From the IMG/VR virus record IMGVR_UViG_3300003690_000003, positions 64,001-128,000 of that record: 64,000 nucleotides of DNA; one strand, 5' to 3'. Positions 9,551 through 18,295 of this stretch are shown here, in pieces. The stretch is from a virus. The notes below the pieces were generated by a model. The model ran no database searches. It saw only the letters and a list, made by a program, of their open reading frames with translations, and was not told where the DNA came from. Position 1 is the first letter of the stretch, and each line of letters starts with the position of its first letter. Position numbers and translations under genes: made by a program.

Positions 9551-10495
9551 CTATTCTCGATAAAATCCCTGCTTCCCTAGGTATTCGTCGATATCCCCTA
9601 ATACTACGTGCTCGCGAGGAATTCTAACCTCGACTGCGTTTTCCCTAATTACAACCTTTGGTCGATCATCGTTGGGACCATCTCCAATAAGGTACCCCAT
9701 TACCTCCATGGTAATAGATGTTTCATAAAGCCGAAGCTCCATTTCAAGCTGCCCGGTATTAGAATTATTAGTGAAACTGCCATTAATAAACGCTTCAAAC
9801 TTGTGGCCGTCACGCTCAAGTCGCCGGGGCATGCTATTAAGACCTCCCTGCCGTAAGAGAGGAGTTGTCAAATCATTCATTTGTTGCTGATATTCAGTCC
9901 GAATACTGATTTCATAAGAAACCGATATCCACACTGGCAGCGGTATTGTTATAGTTTCAAATACAGTCTTCTCATCAACAATTTTGGGAAAAGTGTTCTG
10001 ACCGAACCCTTGACCACTTATGGCACCATTAGCATATTTTCTTCTAGAAATATTATTTTGGAACTCAGCGGTTTTTTTCTGATTTATCCGACGGGCAATT
10101 GTAATAGTGCCCCCTTTTGCATCATTAACAATTGGAATATTGGCATATGGAATAATTCGTTTAGACAATTCCTTGCTAACAGATCTTCTCTCTAAAGTGA
10201 TTAAAGGCAAGATTAGAGTTTCTTCAGGGTCTCGAAGATCTCGATTTTCTTTTATTTGGAAGGCACGTTCAGTGCCCACCCAGATAATAGGTACCTTCTT
10301 AAAGCCCTTATTGGTCATCGTTGACAAATCAAGTCTGTCGTTTATATAATCGAAGACAGCAAAATCTATAGTTTCCAAAGTCGATGGCATTATTTCTATT
10401 TCTTTTAAAATAGAAGGATTTTTTACGCCTGTCCAATCATTCTTTTTTGGATTCTCAATCTGCTGTTGACTTTCGATAGAACGACTACGTGGCAT
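9551..10495 (-). CDS. Tail terminator / sheath stabiliser (gp15-like)
   Basis: Between neck and sheath genes; KVPIIW, LILPLITLER, ISVSYEISIRTEYQQQMN; start reassigned to ATG 10495 with GAGG. Confidence 0.6.
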   Translation of the reverse strand: MPRSRSIESQQQIENPKKNDWTGVKNPSILKEIEIMPSTLETIDFAVFDYINDRLDLSTMTNKGFKKVPIIWVGTERAFQIKENRDLRDPEETLILPLITLERRSVSKELSKRIIPYANIPIVNDAKGGTITIARRINQKKTAEFQNNISRRKYANGAISGQGFGQNTFPKIVDEKTVFETITIPLPVWISVSYEISIRTEYQQQMNDLTTPLLRQGGLNSMPRRLERDGHKFEAFINGSFTNNSNTGQLEMELRLYETSITMEVMGYLIGDGPNDDRPKVVIRENAVEVRIPREHVVLGDIDEYLGKQGFYRE

Positions 10496-10979
10496 CGAAC
10501 TGTCCTCTGCGGGCGCGCTTACATTCAGCACTTACTTGGAACTTATGATTCACCTGGCCAAAATAGTAGCGTGTATCATTATATGTACGAACGATTTCAT
10601 ATAGTCTGTCGCCATATTGTACAAAATCACCGACGCGGACATATAAATCTTGATCTGCAGTTAATCTTTTGCGATTAAAATGAACCGTTAACTGGCTCTG
10701 ATATTCATAACTGTATTTATCGTTAGTTTGAGTGTTCTCCACTTCAACATATGCGTATACGCGAACAGGAGATAAATAAGATTTATTTATACACTCCCCG
10801 TAAAGAGAATGAAAGTCACTTTTATTAATATCAATGGGATAATAAACTATAGTTTGGCCAATCACTCTTTCAAGTAGTTCGTCATTGACCTGTTTAACTA
10901 AATCACGTTCCTTCTCCCCGAAAAACATGGGAGGAGGAGGTGCTGCAGGTTGAGACCATTTATCGTTTGGATTGCCCAT
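10485..10979 (-). CDS. Neck / head-closure protein (gp14-like)
   Basis: IGQTIVYYPID, SLYGE, VRVGDFVQY; follows gp13-like gene. Confidence 0.65.
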   Translation of the reverse strand: MGNPNDKWSQPAAPPPPMFFGEKERDLVKQVNDELLERVIGQTIVYYPIDINKSDFHSLYGECINKSYLSPVRVYAYVEVENTQTNDKYSYEYQSQLTVHFNRKRLTADQDLYVRVGDFVQYGDRLYEIVRTYNDTRYYFGQVNHKFQVSAECKRARRGQFDAT

Positions 10980-10983
10980 CTAA

Positions 10984-12249
10984 CTATCCTACGTAGATGC
11001 CCGCGGGGATATCGGACAAAACTTTTTCCGCATTATCTGAAAGGATACCGTCCTGTTCTGACAACTTGGGATATGTGAGCTCATCAAAAGTAGTTTTCAG
11101 CTCTTCTCTTAGAGCATCCTGCTCTGCTTTAGCTTGTGAGAGTAAATCGGCCGAGTTCAATGTAACAGATTCGCCAGGTATAGGAATAGTAGCAAACTTT
11201 CCACGAATTTGCCCGAGCATTTCTTTTGCCAGTGCTAATGCGAAACGACGAATCCACTGCTTTCCAATCGAATTAATACTATTATAGGCAATATTTTGAA
11301 AAGGTAACGTGTTCATGTTATTAATGCCCTGAACACCCGATCTTCCGGTAGCTTCAGATTCCTCCCATGGGTTTTCTTCAATGGTAAACTGGAACCAATA
11401 TTTGTCCGGGCTGTTCTGGTTCGGGGTAGGATGAATTCTTAGTCTGTTATTTTTAATCTCGTAAGACCAATGGGAAACGCGTGTATTTAAAGCATCTTCA
11501 TATGCCATTGATTGAAGCTTATTTTGCCATACTGGAACAATATCAAATGTTGAATCGTCTGCATATTGTCCGTAGGTACGCAGATTACCCACGACACTGA
11601 AACCACCATAATAACCATAAAATCGCCACATCGCTTGGGGAGTTTTATAAAATACTCTTCGAATAGTAATCCTTCTATTGCCAACTTTGCCATAATAACG
11701 AGCGGTGGTATCCGTCGCCGCTGATGAAGAAATGATACTTTGTAGATCGTAATCGCATACGCTACTCGTAGTAACTACAGAGCCTGAATAGATATTTTGT
11801 GTACCGCCCACGACGGTGTCAGTAGACGCCCTGTCACCAACTCGTTTTAAATAGCCATAATCAAACTTTGGATATCTTAATTCTATTTGTGAACCCGACA
11901 AAGAATCCCCACTTTTGACTTGACCATCCTGATCAAAGGACGCGGTGGTATGCCCCAAAAAGCTAGAGAGGGAATTTTTTGATTGATGAACATTAACTAT
12001 ATAAGAATATTCTAAAACAGCTTCTTCATAGGCCGAATATACATTTCCCGGCGCTAGTTCAATATCTAAAACATCTCCCCCAAGTTTTTTATATGTATAA
12101 GCTACTTGGTCTGCAGCTCCAGATAAAAAATCTGTTGAGCTAGCATAAATTCCAAAGGGAAGCGTGGCAGCTACGCCGCCGGCGGTTCCAGTAACCGGTA
12201 AGACATTCGTATTTGTAGTCGACGCTGGGTATAATTTCGGAAGAGCCAT
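10984..12249 (-). CDS. Neck / head-tail adaptor (gp13-like)
   Basis: KKLGGDVLDIEL, QWIRRFALALAKEMLGQIRGKF, IPGESVTLN. Confidence 0.8.
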   Translation of the reverse strand: MALPKLYPASTTNTNVLPVTGTAGGVAATLPFGIYASSTDFLSGAADQVAYTYKKLGGDVLDIELAPGNVYSAYEEAVLEYSYIVNVHQSKNSLSSFLGHTTASFDQDGQVKSGDSLSGSQIELRYPKFDYGYLKRVGDRASTDTVVGGTQNIYSGSVVTTSSVCDYDLQSIISSSAATDTTARYYGKVGNRRITIRRVFYKTPQAMWRFYGYYGGFSVVGNLRTYGQYADDSTFDIVPVWQNKLQSMAYEDALNTRVSHWSYEIKNNRLRIHPTPNQNSPDKYWFQFTIEENPWEESEATGRSGVQGINNMNTLPFQNIAYNSINSIGKQWIRRFALALAKEMLGQIRGKFATIPIPGESVTLNSADLLSQAKAEQDALREELKTTFDELTYPKLSEQDGILSDNAEKVLSDIPAGIYVG

Positions 12250-12288
12250 TATTAGTCCTCGAAGTAACTAGTGGTACTATCATAAATA

Positions 12289-12319
12289 GGAAGCCCCGAC
12301 TCTATGAGCCGGGGCTTCC
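12289..12319 (-). terminator. Stem-loop terminator after major capsid gene, abutting CCTATTTA motif (12283-12290)
   Basis: GGAAGCCCCGGCTC-ATA-GAGTCGGGGCTTCC followed by TATTTAT on minus strand. Confidence 0.75.
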
Positions 12320-12351
12320 ACATTTATTTGTCTAATAAAAGACTAGACGTA

Positions 12352-14163
12352 TTAACCAATAGTCATATCAGCGATAACAACCAGGCCATACATGTCAGGC
12401 CGCACCATCTTCTTGGCGTAGCGGGTCATGACTCCCTTGCGGGGCACGAAGTCCTCTACTCCGAAGATAGTAGGCGTGGTCTGCAGCGGCACATAGGGAG
12501 CGTAAACATATCCGCTCTCTAGGAAGCTGCCTCCCTTGCGACCTACAAGAACTACGTTCCGTAGGAAGTAAGGATCGACATAAACGTCCCACTTCTTGGA
12601 AAGGCTACCAGCCTTCACAGATCCGACGGTACCTCGCTCACTATCGACAGTGACATTAGCGCGGAAACCAGACGTAAACTCAAGGATATTGGCAACTTCA
12701 GGTGAAACCACGATGAAGTTAGCGCCACCCCGTAGAGTCTTACGGTGGATATTCGCCGACACGTCGTTGATTGTCTCAACGAGAGTCTCATACCACTCGG
12801 AAACGTTGCCGGTGAAGTCCGGAGCAACAGTATTAGCTCCGACCTCAGCGCCCGTAACGCGATCGAGGAACTTACCAGGAGCGCGTGACCAGTAACGAGT
12901 AGCGGCCGTGCCACCCTGAACGAGGTCCTCAAGGATCTCGCGATCAATTTCAAGAGCGATCTGCTCAGATAGAATCTGAGTAAGCTCGACCTCGGCATCC
13001 AGGTTGTGATAGGCATTAAGATCCTGTCCCAACTCTGGGGTCCACTTGGCCTTGAGCTTCTTGGTCATCGCGATAACAGCGACGGAATCGATCTTGATGT
13101 CGATTTCGGGGATGTTGGTGTTATTTTCCAATCCCCACTGCGGGTCACCAACAATCGCACCTTGTGCAAGGCTATTAGGACTATTGATGAAATCATCGTC
13201 CTCGGCCCAGCTAAGGATGTTGGCTGCGCCCGTCAAAGCGTCCGCCACGGTCGCCGCAACACCTGCGGATGACACGGCACCACCATTAGACCCGGTACCA
13301 ATAAATACCAAGTTAATAACGCTGTCACTAGAACCACTAAAACGGGTGTGACGTCGAACGAGCCGAACTGCCGAAGAGCCATTGGCTCCGATGTTCAGAC
13401 CGGTAGCGACACTCTGTGTGGAACTGGAAATCTGAATGGTTACCAAATCCTTAAGATTTAGCTGTGCAAGCGCATCGCCAGTCTTTTGGATACTCGTAAC
13501 AGCAATCTGGGTACTTCCAGACGTAAAGTCCGGATCCCAGTCGACCGCTTTCATATAAGCTAGATCGCTGGTATCACCGAAGGTGAAGTTAAAAACCGCA
13601 GCAACGTTACTAGACACATCGGTGTCGTTACAAGCAACAGAACCTGTCGGAGACGAGTAAGCGTTGTTAAGCGCGTACGGGCCTTGCTCGGCAAGTTGCA
13701 TAGCATCGGCACTCCCGAGATCAACACCACCGGTCAACTGACGACCAACGACGCCGCCACCGAAGAGTGAAGTATCTACTGGATAGCCCAAACGACCTTT
13801 TGCATTGGCGCCAGGACCAATCTCTGCCGAGACCGTAAAGTCTAGGAAGAAGATGAGACCACTAGGTAGACTCATCGGCTGAACGCTAACGAGATCGTTG
13901 GCGATCAGATTGCCGAATACACGGCGAACGAGGGGGAATGCGACAGCCGCAAAACCCTCCACATCTCCACCCGACATGGATGAAGACTCACGGAGTAACT
14001 CTTTTGCCTGGTTCTCAAGCAAGCGAGCCATCCCGTTCCGAAGATGATCAGCTTCGAGACCTTCAAGAAGACCGGTCTTTTCCCACTTAGAGATAAGAGC
14101 GTCGCCTTCCTTAGATAGGTCACGGTTAATGATACCTTCAGTTAACTTTTGTACAATAGACAT
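12352..14163 (-). CDS. Major capsid protein (gp23-like)
   Basis: PLVRRVF, VSVQPMSLPSGLIFFLD, KKLKAKWTPELGQDLNAYH, EIDREIL, GYVYAPYVPL, GVMTRYA; SD AGGAGG at 14174-14179. Confidence 0.97.
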   Translation of the reverse strand: MSIVQKLTEGIINRDLSKEGDALISKWEKTGLLEGLEADHLRNGMARLLENQAKELLRESSSMSGGDVEGFAAVAFPLVRRVFGNLIANDLVSVQPMSLPSGLIFFLDFTVSAEIGPGANAKGRLGYPVDTSLFGGGVVGRQLTGGVDLGSADAMQLAEQGPYALNNAYSSPTGSVACNDTDVSSNVAAVFNFTFGDTSDLAYMKAVDWDPDFTSGSTQIAVTSIQKTGDALAQLNLKDLVTIQISSSTQSVATGLNIGANGSSAVRLVRRHTRFSGSSDSVINLVFIGTGSNGGAVSSAGVAATVADALTGAANILSWAEDDDFINSPNSLAQGAIVGDPQWGLENNTNIPEIDIKIDSVAVIAMTKKLKAKWTPELGQDLNAYHNLDAEVELTQILSEQIALEIDREILEDLVQGGTAATRYWSRAPGKFLDRVTGAEVGANTVAPDFTGNVSEWYETLVETINDVSANIHRKTLRGGANFIVVSPEVANILEFTSGFRANVTVDSERGTVGSVKAGSLSKKWDVYVDPYFLRNVVLVGRKGGSFLESGYVYAPYVPLQTTPTIFGVEDFVPRKGVMTRYAKKMVRPDMYGLVVIADMTIG

Positions 14164-14184
14164 TTTTATATAACCTCCTATATG

Positions 14185-15216
14185 TTATTGTTTTAAACCT
14201 GCCAAACGTAACATTCGATCCATATTCGGATCAACAGTAGTAGAAGCATTGCTACTCCTATTTGAACCTAGAAGCATCGTAGTTGTAGGCTTGCTAACAA
14301 CTTCGCGGAGTGATTCTTTGTGGCCTCTGTGAGGAGCGCCCACTACGCTTTGAAGTGTTTCAAACAACATCTTCGTCTCTTCTACTGAACTGGCGTTACG
14401 AACAGCTTCGACAATCTTTTCTTTTTGTCGCTCATTCAAGGAGGCGCTATTCAAAGCCTTGTTTTGATACAGAAGTTTGGCGTTTTCTAATATCAAAATA
14501 CTTAATTGTTCCTTTGCTTCCATAAGCAAAGATTTTAAACTACCGATCTCAACATGGAGATCAGTAACTCGTGATTCATAAAGTTCTAGATTTTTTTCTT
14601 GAGCAGCAGTAACTTCTTCAGACTGAGCTGCTGCAGCTTCCTCTTCGACACCCATCTCTTGTGCGTGTGACTGGGTTTCGGCGCTAGCAAGCGGCGACCA
14701 TCCCCCTAGTCGGGCCGCAACATCAACTGTCAGTTCCTCAGCGATGGCATCAATAAGTTCGTCTGATACCTCAACCTTTTCAGCCATAACGGGCGAGTCA
14801 GGAGCCGCGGCTTCTTGGTCTGGAAACGCTGCGGGTTGTGCGGGCTCTTCAACGCCAAAAATTTCTTCAGCAGTTTCTTCAGAGCTGAGCATTTCAGAGG
14901 GATCTGGTTCTAGGCCAGCTTCTTCCTCTGCATGAAGACGAGCCTTCAAATCATCGAAATCAATCTCGATTACTTCCTCATCTCCCGGGCCGTCTAGATC
15001 AGAGTCTTCGTGAGCTAGCGGTATATCTTCAATAAAAGAAGCATCTACGGGTGCAGCAGCGTCCAATGGCATACCTATATCCTGTTCTAAAAGAGAACCC
15101 AAAGCGTTTTTAACTTCTGCTGAGTATTTTTCTAATACATCATTTTCAGCAGTTTTAAGAGCCGCCTCTTTTAAAGCCGTGGCATCCACAATAGCTTGTT
15201 CTAACAATGAAGACAT
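14185..15216 (-). CDS. Prohead core scaffold protein (gp22-like)
   Basis: Acidic coiled-coil directly upstream of MCP; many L-x-E motifs; ends RMLRLAGL; start at ATG 15216 with AGGAG. Confidence 0.75.
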   Translation of the reverse strand: MSSLLEQAIVDATALKEAALKTAENDVLEKYSAEVKNALGSLLEQDIGMPLDAAAPVDASFIEDIPLAHEDSDLDGPGDEEVIEIDFDDLKARLHAEEEAGLEPDPSEMLSSEETAEEIFGVEEPAQPAAFPDQEAAAPDSPVMAEKVEVSDELIDAIAEELTVDVAARLGGWSPLASAETQSHAQEMGVEEEAAAAQSEEVTAAQEKNLELYESRVTDLHVEIGSLKSLLMEAKEQLSILILENAKLLYQNKALNSASLNERQKEKIVEAVRNASSVEETKMLFETLQSVVGAPHRGHKESLREVVSKPTTTMLLGSNRSSNASTTVDPNMDRMLRLAGLKQ

Positions 15217-15248
15217 AAAATTACTCCTAATCTGATATGTAATCAAAA

Positions 15249-15256
15249 TAAATAGT
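15249..15256 (-). promoter_or_regulatory. Late-promoter-like motif ACTATTTA upstream of scaffold/capsid
   Basis: Recurrent motif. Confidence 0.55.
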
Positions 15257-15318
15257 TCATAAGATAGGGAAATGACTAATAGTTATTGATTAGGGTACAT
15301 ATAAAGATATATCATTCG

Positions 15319-16092
15319 TTATACACCAGTTAAATCGCCACATAATTTAACATCTTCAAAACACACAGAGCCCGCGCCGGCTGGACTGCCGTAGATCGAA
15401 CCAGATGGTCGACCCGCAATCGAGAAGGCACCCACCAAATTTGAATTGCCTGAAATATCAACGGCCGTGTCTGACGTATAAAATATTGTCTCTGTTGAAA
15501 AATCATCATCGCTATATCTATAGTCAACAGTGCCAGTCACCATATTGACGCGCCACTTTCGGTCCACAGGGTAATCGAGCACGACATTTTTCTTAAGAAC
15601 TCCAGATTCGTATATGGCACTATTGACTTCAAAATAGGCAAATGCATAATCAATCCATGCGTAAGTCGAAGTACCGCTCGTAACCGCATCGTCCTTGTAG
15701 CCTAATCCAATCATAAAAGTCCAGTGATATCCGGACTCCAGACTTTCAGTAGAGTTCATCTCGATATAGCCCTCGTTGTCGCTTTGGAGTTCAGCCACTG
15801 TAATAGCACCACTTGTCCACCCAGTTCCAGTTCCGGCATCCTTAACAATCCCACTACGAAATCCTCCTCCATCAGCAGTGGCGCGGGGGACGCCGCCATC
15901 GGTGGCGTTGGTACCATAATGAAGCTGATTCACTTCTGTTAGTTTGCCTATGGAATCAATGCTTTCACATTGGAGTCCCGCTGCCGCAAAGCCACTCACC
16001 CCATACATGGTCTTGATATTTGCTTTAAGGGTTTCGTTAACCAGTTTAAAACTGCCTTCTCCAACGGAATTAACTGACTTGATGGTGCCCAT
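15319..16092 (-). CDS. Hypothetical virion protein (beta-rich)
   Basis: 257-aa ORF with AAGGAG SD, in head accessory cluster. Confidence 0.6.
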   Translation of the reverse strand: MGTIKSVNSVGEGSFKLVNETLKANIKTMYGVSGFAAAGLQCESIDSIGKLTEVNQLHYGTNATDGGVPRATADGGGFRSGIVKDAGTGTGWTSGAITVAELQSDNEGYIEMNSTESLESGYHWTFMIGLGYKDDAVTSGTSTYAWIDYAFAYFEVNSAIYESGVLKKNVVLDYPVDRKWRVNMVTGTVDYRYSDDDFSTETIFYTSDTAVDISGNSNLVGAFSIAGRPSGSIYGSPAGAGSVCFEDVKLCGDLTGV

Positions 16093-16111
16093 GACTTACT
16101 AGCTCCTTATG

Positions 16112-16738
16112 TTATTCAACCTCAATCTCAACATAAGTAGAATCGGGATTGAAATAAATTACATTGGCTGTATCCGTGCCATAGCCAACTATACGGACAT
16201 AAGCATCGTTATCGGTTGGGGCGGCGCCACTCATCAGGCCGTTGCTTCCCGATTGAATATAAACGGGACCACCTTTTATAAAGGCTCCGGCGTACTGGTC
16301 ACCATGGACATTATAATACCCACGAAGAAGGACCCCGTTTACAGCAGGGTCTGTGCCCAAAGGAATACCCAGCAATTGATTGTGGCCGCTTCCAGTTGTA
16401 TCTGCATATGCATCTGCCCAGCCGCCATCACTATTAAGATACACTACCGAGCCCGACTGCAAATTAGAGCCGGTTCCATAAAATACCACATCACCACCGC
16501 CACTGTTGGTAGAGAGGTTTGTAGGATCTGCAGAACCCGTATAATATATATCTAAAGCAACCTGGGGATTCCCTGTACCAATACCGGCCGTAGAACTCGA
16601 TACAACCAAAAAGCTAACACCTCCTGCAACAACGCCGAATGCATCTTCATTCCAGTTAATATAAGTATTGCGCTGCGTGTCATCTTCGTTATAAATGTCG
16701 CCACGATAAACTTTGCCTTTTGTGTATTTGTATGCCAT
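16112..16738 (-). CDS. Putative head decoration/fibre protein
   Basis: 208 aa; C-terminal VYL...GVLLRG...YVRIVGY...IYFNPD cement-like domain; MAYK N-terminus shared with neighbour. Confidence 0.55.
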   Translation of the reverse strand: MAYKYTKGKVYRGDIYNEDDTQRNTYINWNEDAFGVVAGGVSFLVVSSSTAGIGTGNPQVALDIYYTGSADPTNLSTNSGGGDVVFYGTGSNLQSGSVVYLNSDGGWADAYADTTGSGHNQLLGIPLGTDPAVNGVLLRGYYNVHGDQYAGAFIKGGPVYIQSGSNGLMSGAAPTDNDAYVRIVGYGTDTANVIYFNPDSTYVEIEVE

Positions 16739-16764
16739 ATTATTATAAATAGAATCTCGAATGT

Positions 16765-16798
16765 AAAAAGGATGGGCACCTCGAAAGATACCCGCCCC
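16765..16798 (-). terminator. Intrinsic terminator with UUCG loop
   Basis: GGGCGGGTATCT-TTCG-AGGTGCCCATCC followed by TTTTT on minus strand, after the 443-aa gene. Confidence 0.65.
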
Positions 16799-16833
16799 TA
16801 AACTTATTATTTTAAAAAAACGTTATGCTTATC

Positions 16834-18165
16834 TTAGAAGACATTCCAGACGCTACCGGTGCCTACCAAAAGAAGCGAAGCGTTCGCGGACTCTAAAGTG
16901 ATAGAGCTATCCCCATCGATTGTGTCAGCAGCCGAACATGTAAGAGTTATATCATGTTGCATTCCCAACGTTCCATTTCCTCGGGCTCTCTTAATCCACA
17001 CGGTAGGACCATATTCGCCGGCGTCGCCCCAATCAGTAATGGTAGGCAACCTAACCTCAATAGCTGCTGATCCACTACAAAGAACCACGCCGCTTCCAAC
17101 TGAAGCAGTTCCCGTCGTAGCCGTTATATAATCCACATTATTGATTAGACCCGCTTGAAGTTGAAGCATTCCGGCAGCTTTAAGATCGCCGCTGTTGTGT
17201 CCTAAATTCACAGTGTCGCTAGCATTGGTTCCAATATTGATGGTATCGCTGCCATTGCCAAGATCGACGTTACCGTTGACGTCAAGACTCGTTAGACTCC
17301 CAACACTCGTTAGCGAAGAAGCAATAACCGCACTCCCAAGAGTGGTTGCATTAAGAACAGAAGTGCCATTAACATGATACGCATTACCGGTAATGACGTT
17401 CATGCCGTCAGCATCAACCTCACCTTGTACAGTACCGTTAACGGCAAGGGCGACTCCTGCACTCGTAGGAGCATCAAGAACCAAATCGGTGCCATCGAAG
17501 TATACGGCAGCGTCGGCCCCGGTGCCTAAAGTGAGAGCACCTGCAGCATTAATCGCCGTACCATCAACATCAACGAGTATCTTGCCACCGGTAGTGATAT
17601 TACTCACACCGTTGTCGATCGCACCGAAGCCGGAAGCAATAGAGCCGCCGCCGAGAGCACCAACACTCGTCAGTGAAGAAGCCAGAACGAGCGTGCCTAG
17701 AGTGGTTGCATTGAGAACTGTAGCACCGCCAATATCAATCCCCTCGCCGGCGCCTAGTGCAAGCTCGCCAGAGCCAGAGATATCGCCGGCAACTTTGAGT
17801 TCCGTGTTGGCTAGCGTCAAGAGATTGGTGTCGCCTGCGGTACCAATAATACCGCTCGTATCAATCCGCAAGCCGAATCCATAAACAATACCTGAACCCG
17901 AAATCGTTCCGGCCCCAGCTAGATTGTTGCTGGTGTCCGCAATTGTAATCCCAGAGTTTTGTCCGGTTTTGCCGGCGGTTCCGCTAAACCTAACGATCGC
18001 ATTGTCCGTAGAAGAACCAGGGCCGCTAAAATCGCCGCCTCCGGCGGAACCAGTAACACCTTGTAAGGCAGCTCCATCACCATGAAAGCTAACCGCCGTA
18101 ATAGTTGTCGAACCTGTTATTGGGCCATCGCTTTCAAACGGGCCTGCTTGAAATTTATAAGCCAT
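16834..18165 (-). CDS. Putative head fibre protein
   Basis: 443 aa Gly/Ser/Thr-rich; duplicated VLNATTLG..V.ASSLTSVG.L (17301-17358, 17661-17718); C-terminal domain shared with 913-aa neighbour. Confidence 0.6.
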   Translation of the reverse strand: MAYKFQAGPFESDGPITGSTTITAVSFHGDGAALQGVTGSAGGGDFSGPGSSTDNAIVRFSGTAGKTGQNSGITIADTSNNLAGAGTISGSGIVYGFGLRIDTSGIIGTAGDTNLLTLANTELKVAGDISGSGELALGAGEGIDIGGATVLNATTLGTLVLASSLTSVGALGGGSIASGFGAIDNGVSNITTGGKILVDVDGTAINAAGALTLGTGADAAVYFDGTDLVLDAPTSAGVALAVNGTVQGEVDADGMNVITGNAYHVNGTSVLNATTLGSAVIASSLTSVGSLTSLDVNGNVDLGNGSDTINIGTNASDTVNLGHNSGDLKAAGMLQLQAGLINNVDYITATTGTASVGSGVVLCSGSAAIEVRLPTITDWGDAGEYGPTVWIKRARGNGTLGMQHDITLTCSAADTIDGDSSITLESANASLLLVGTGSVWNVF

Positions 18166-18295
18166 TATTTATACCCTCCACGAAATATATAAATGCATAT
18201 GCATAGACTAGTTATACGAGTTTTCTCATAACATATAGATTCTCAGTCTGTAAAAAAGCAGTTTTATTTTATTAAAAAACCAATATTGATTAATA

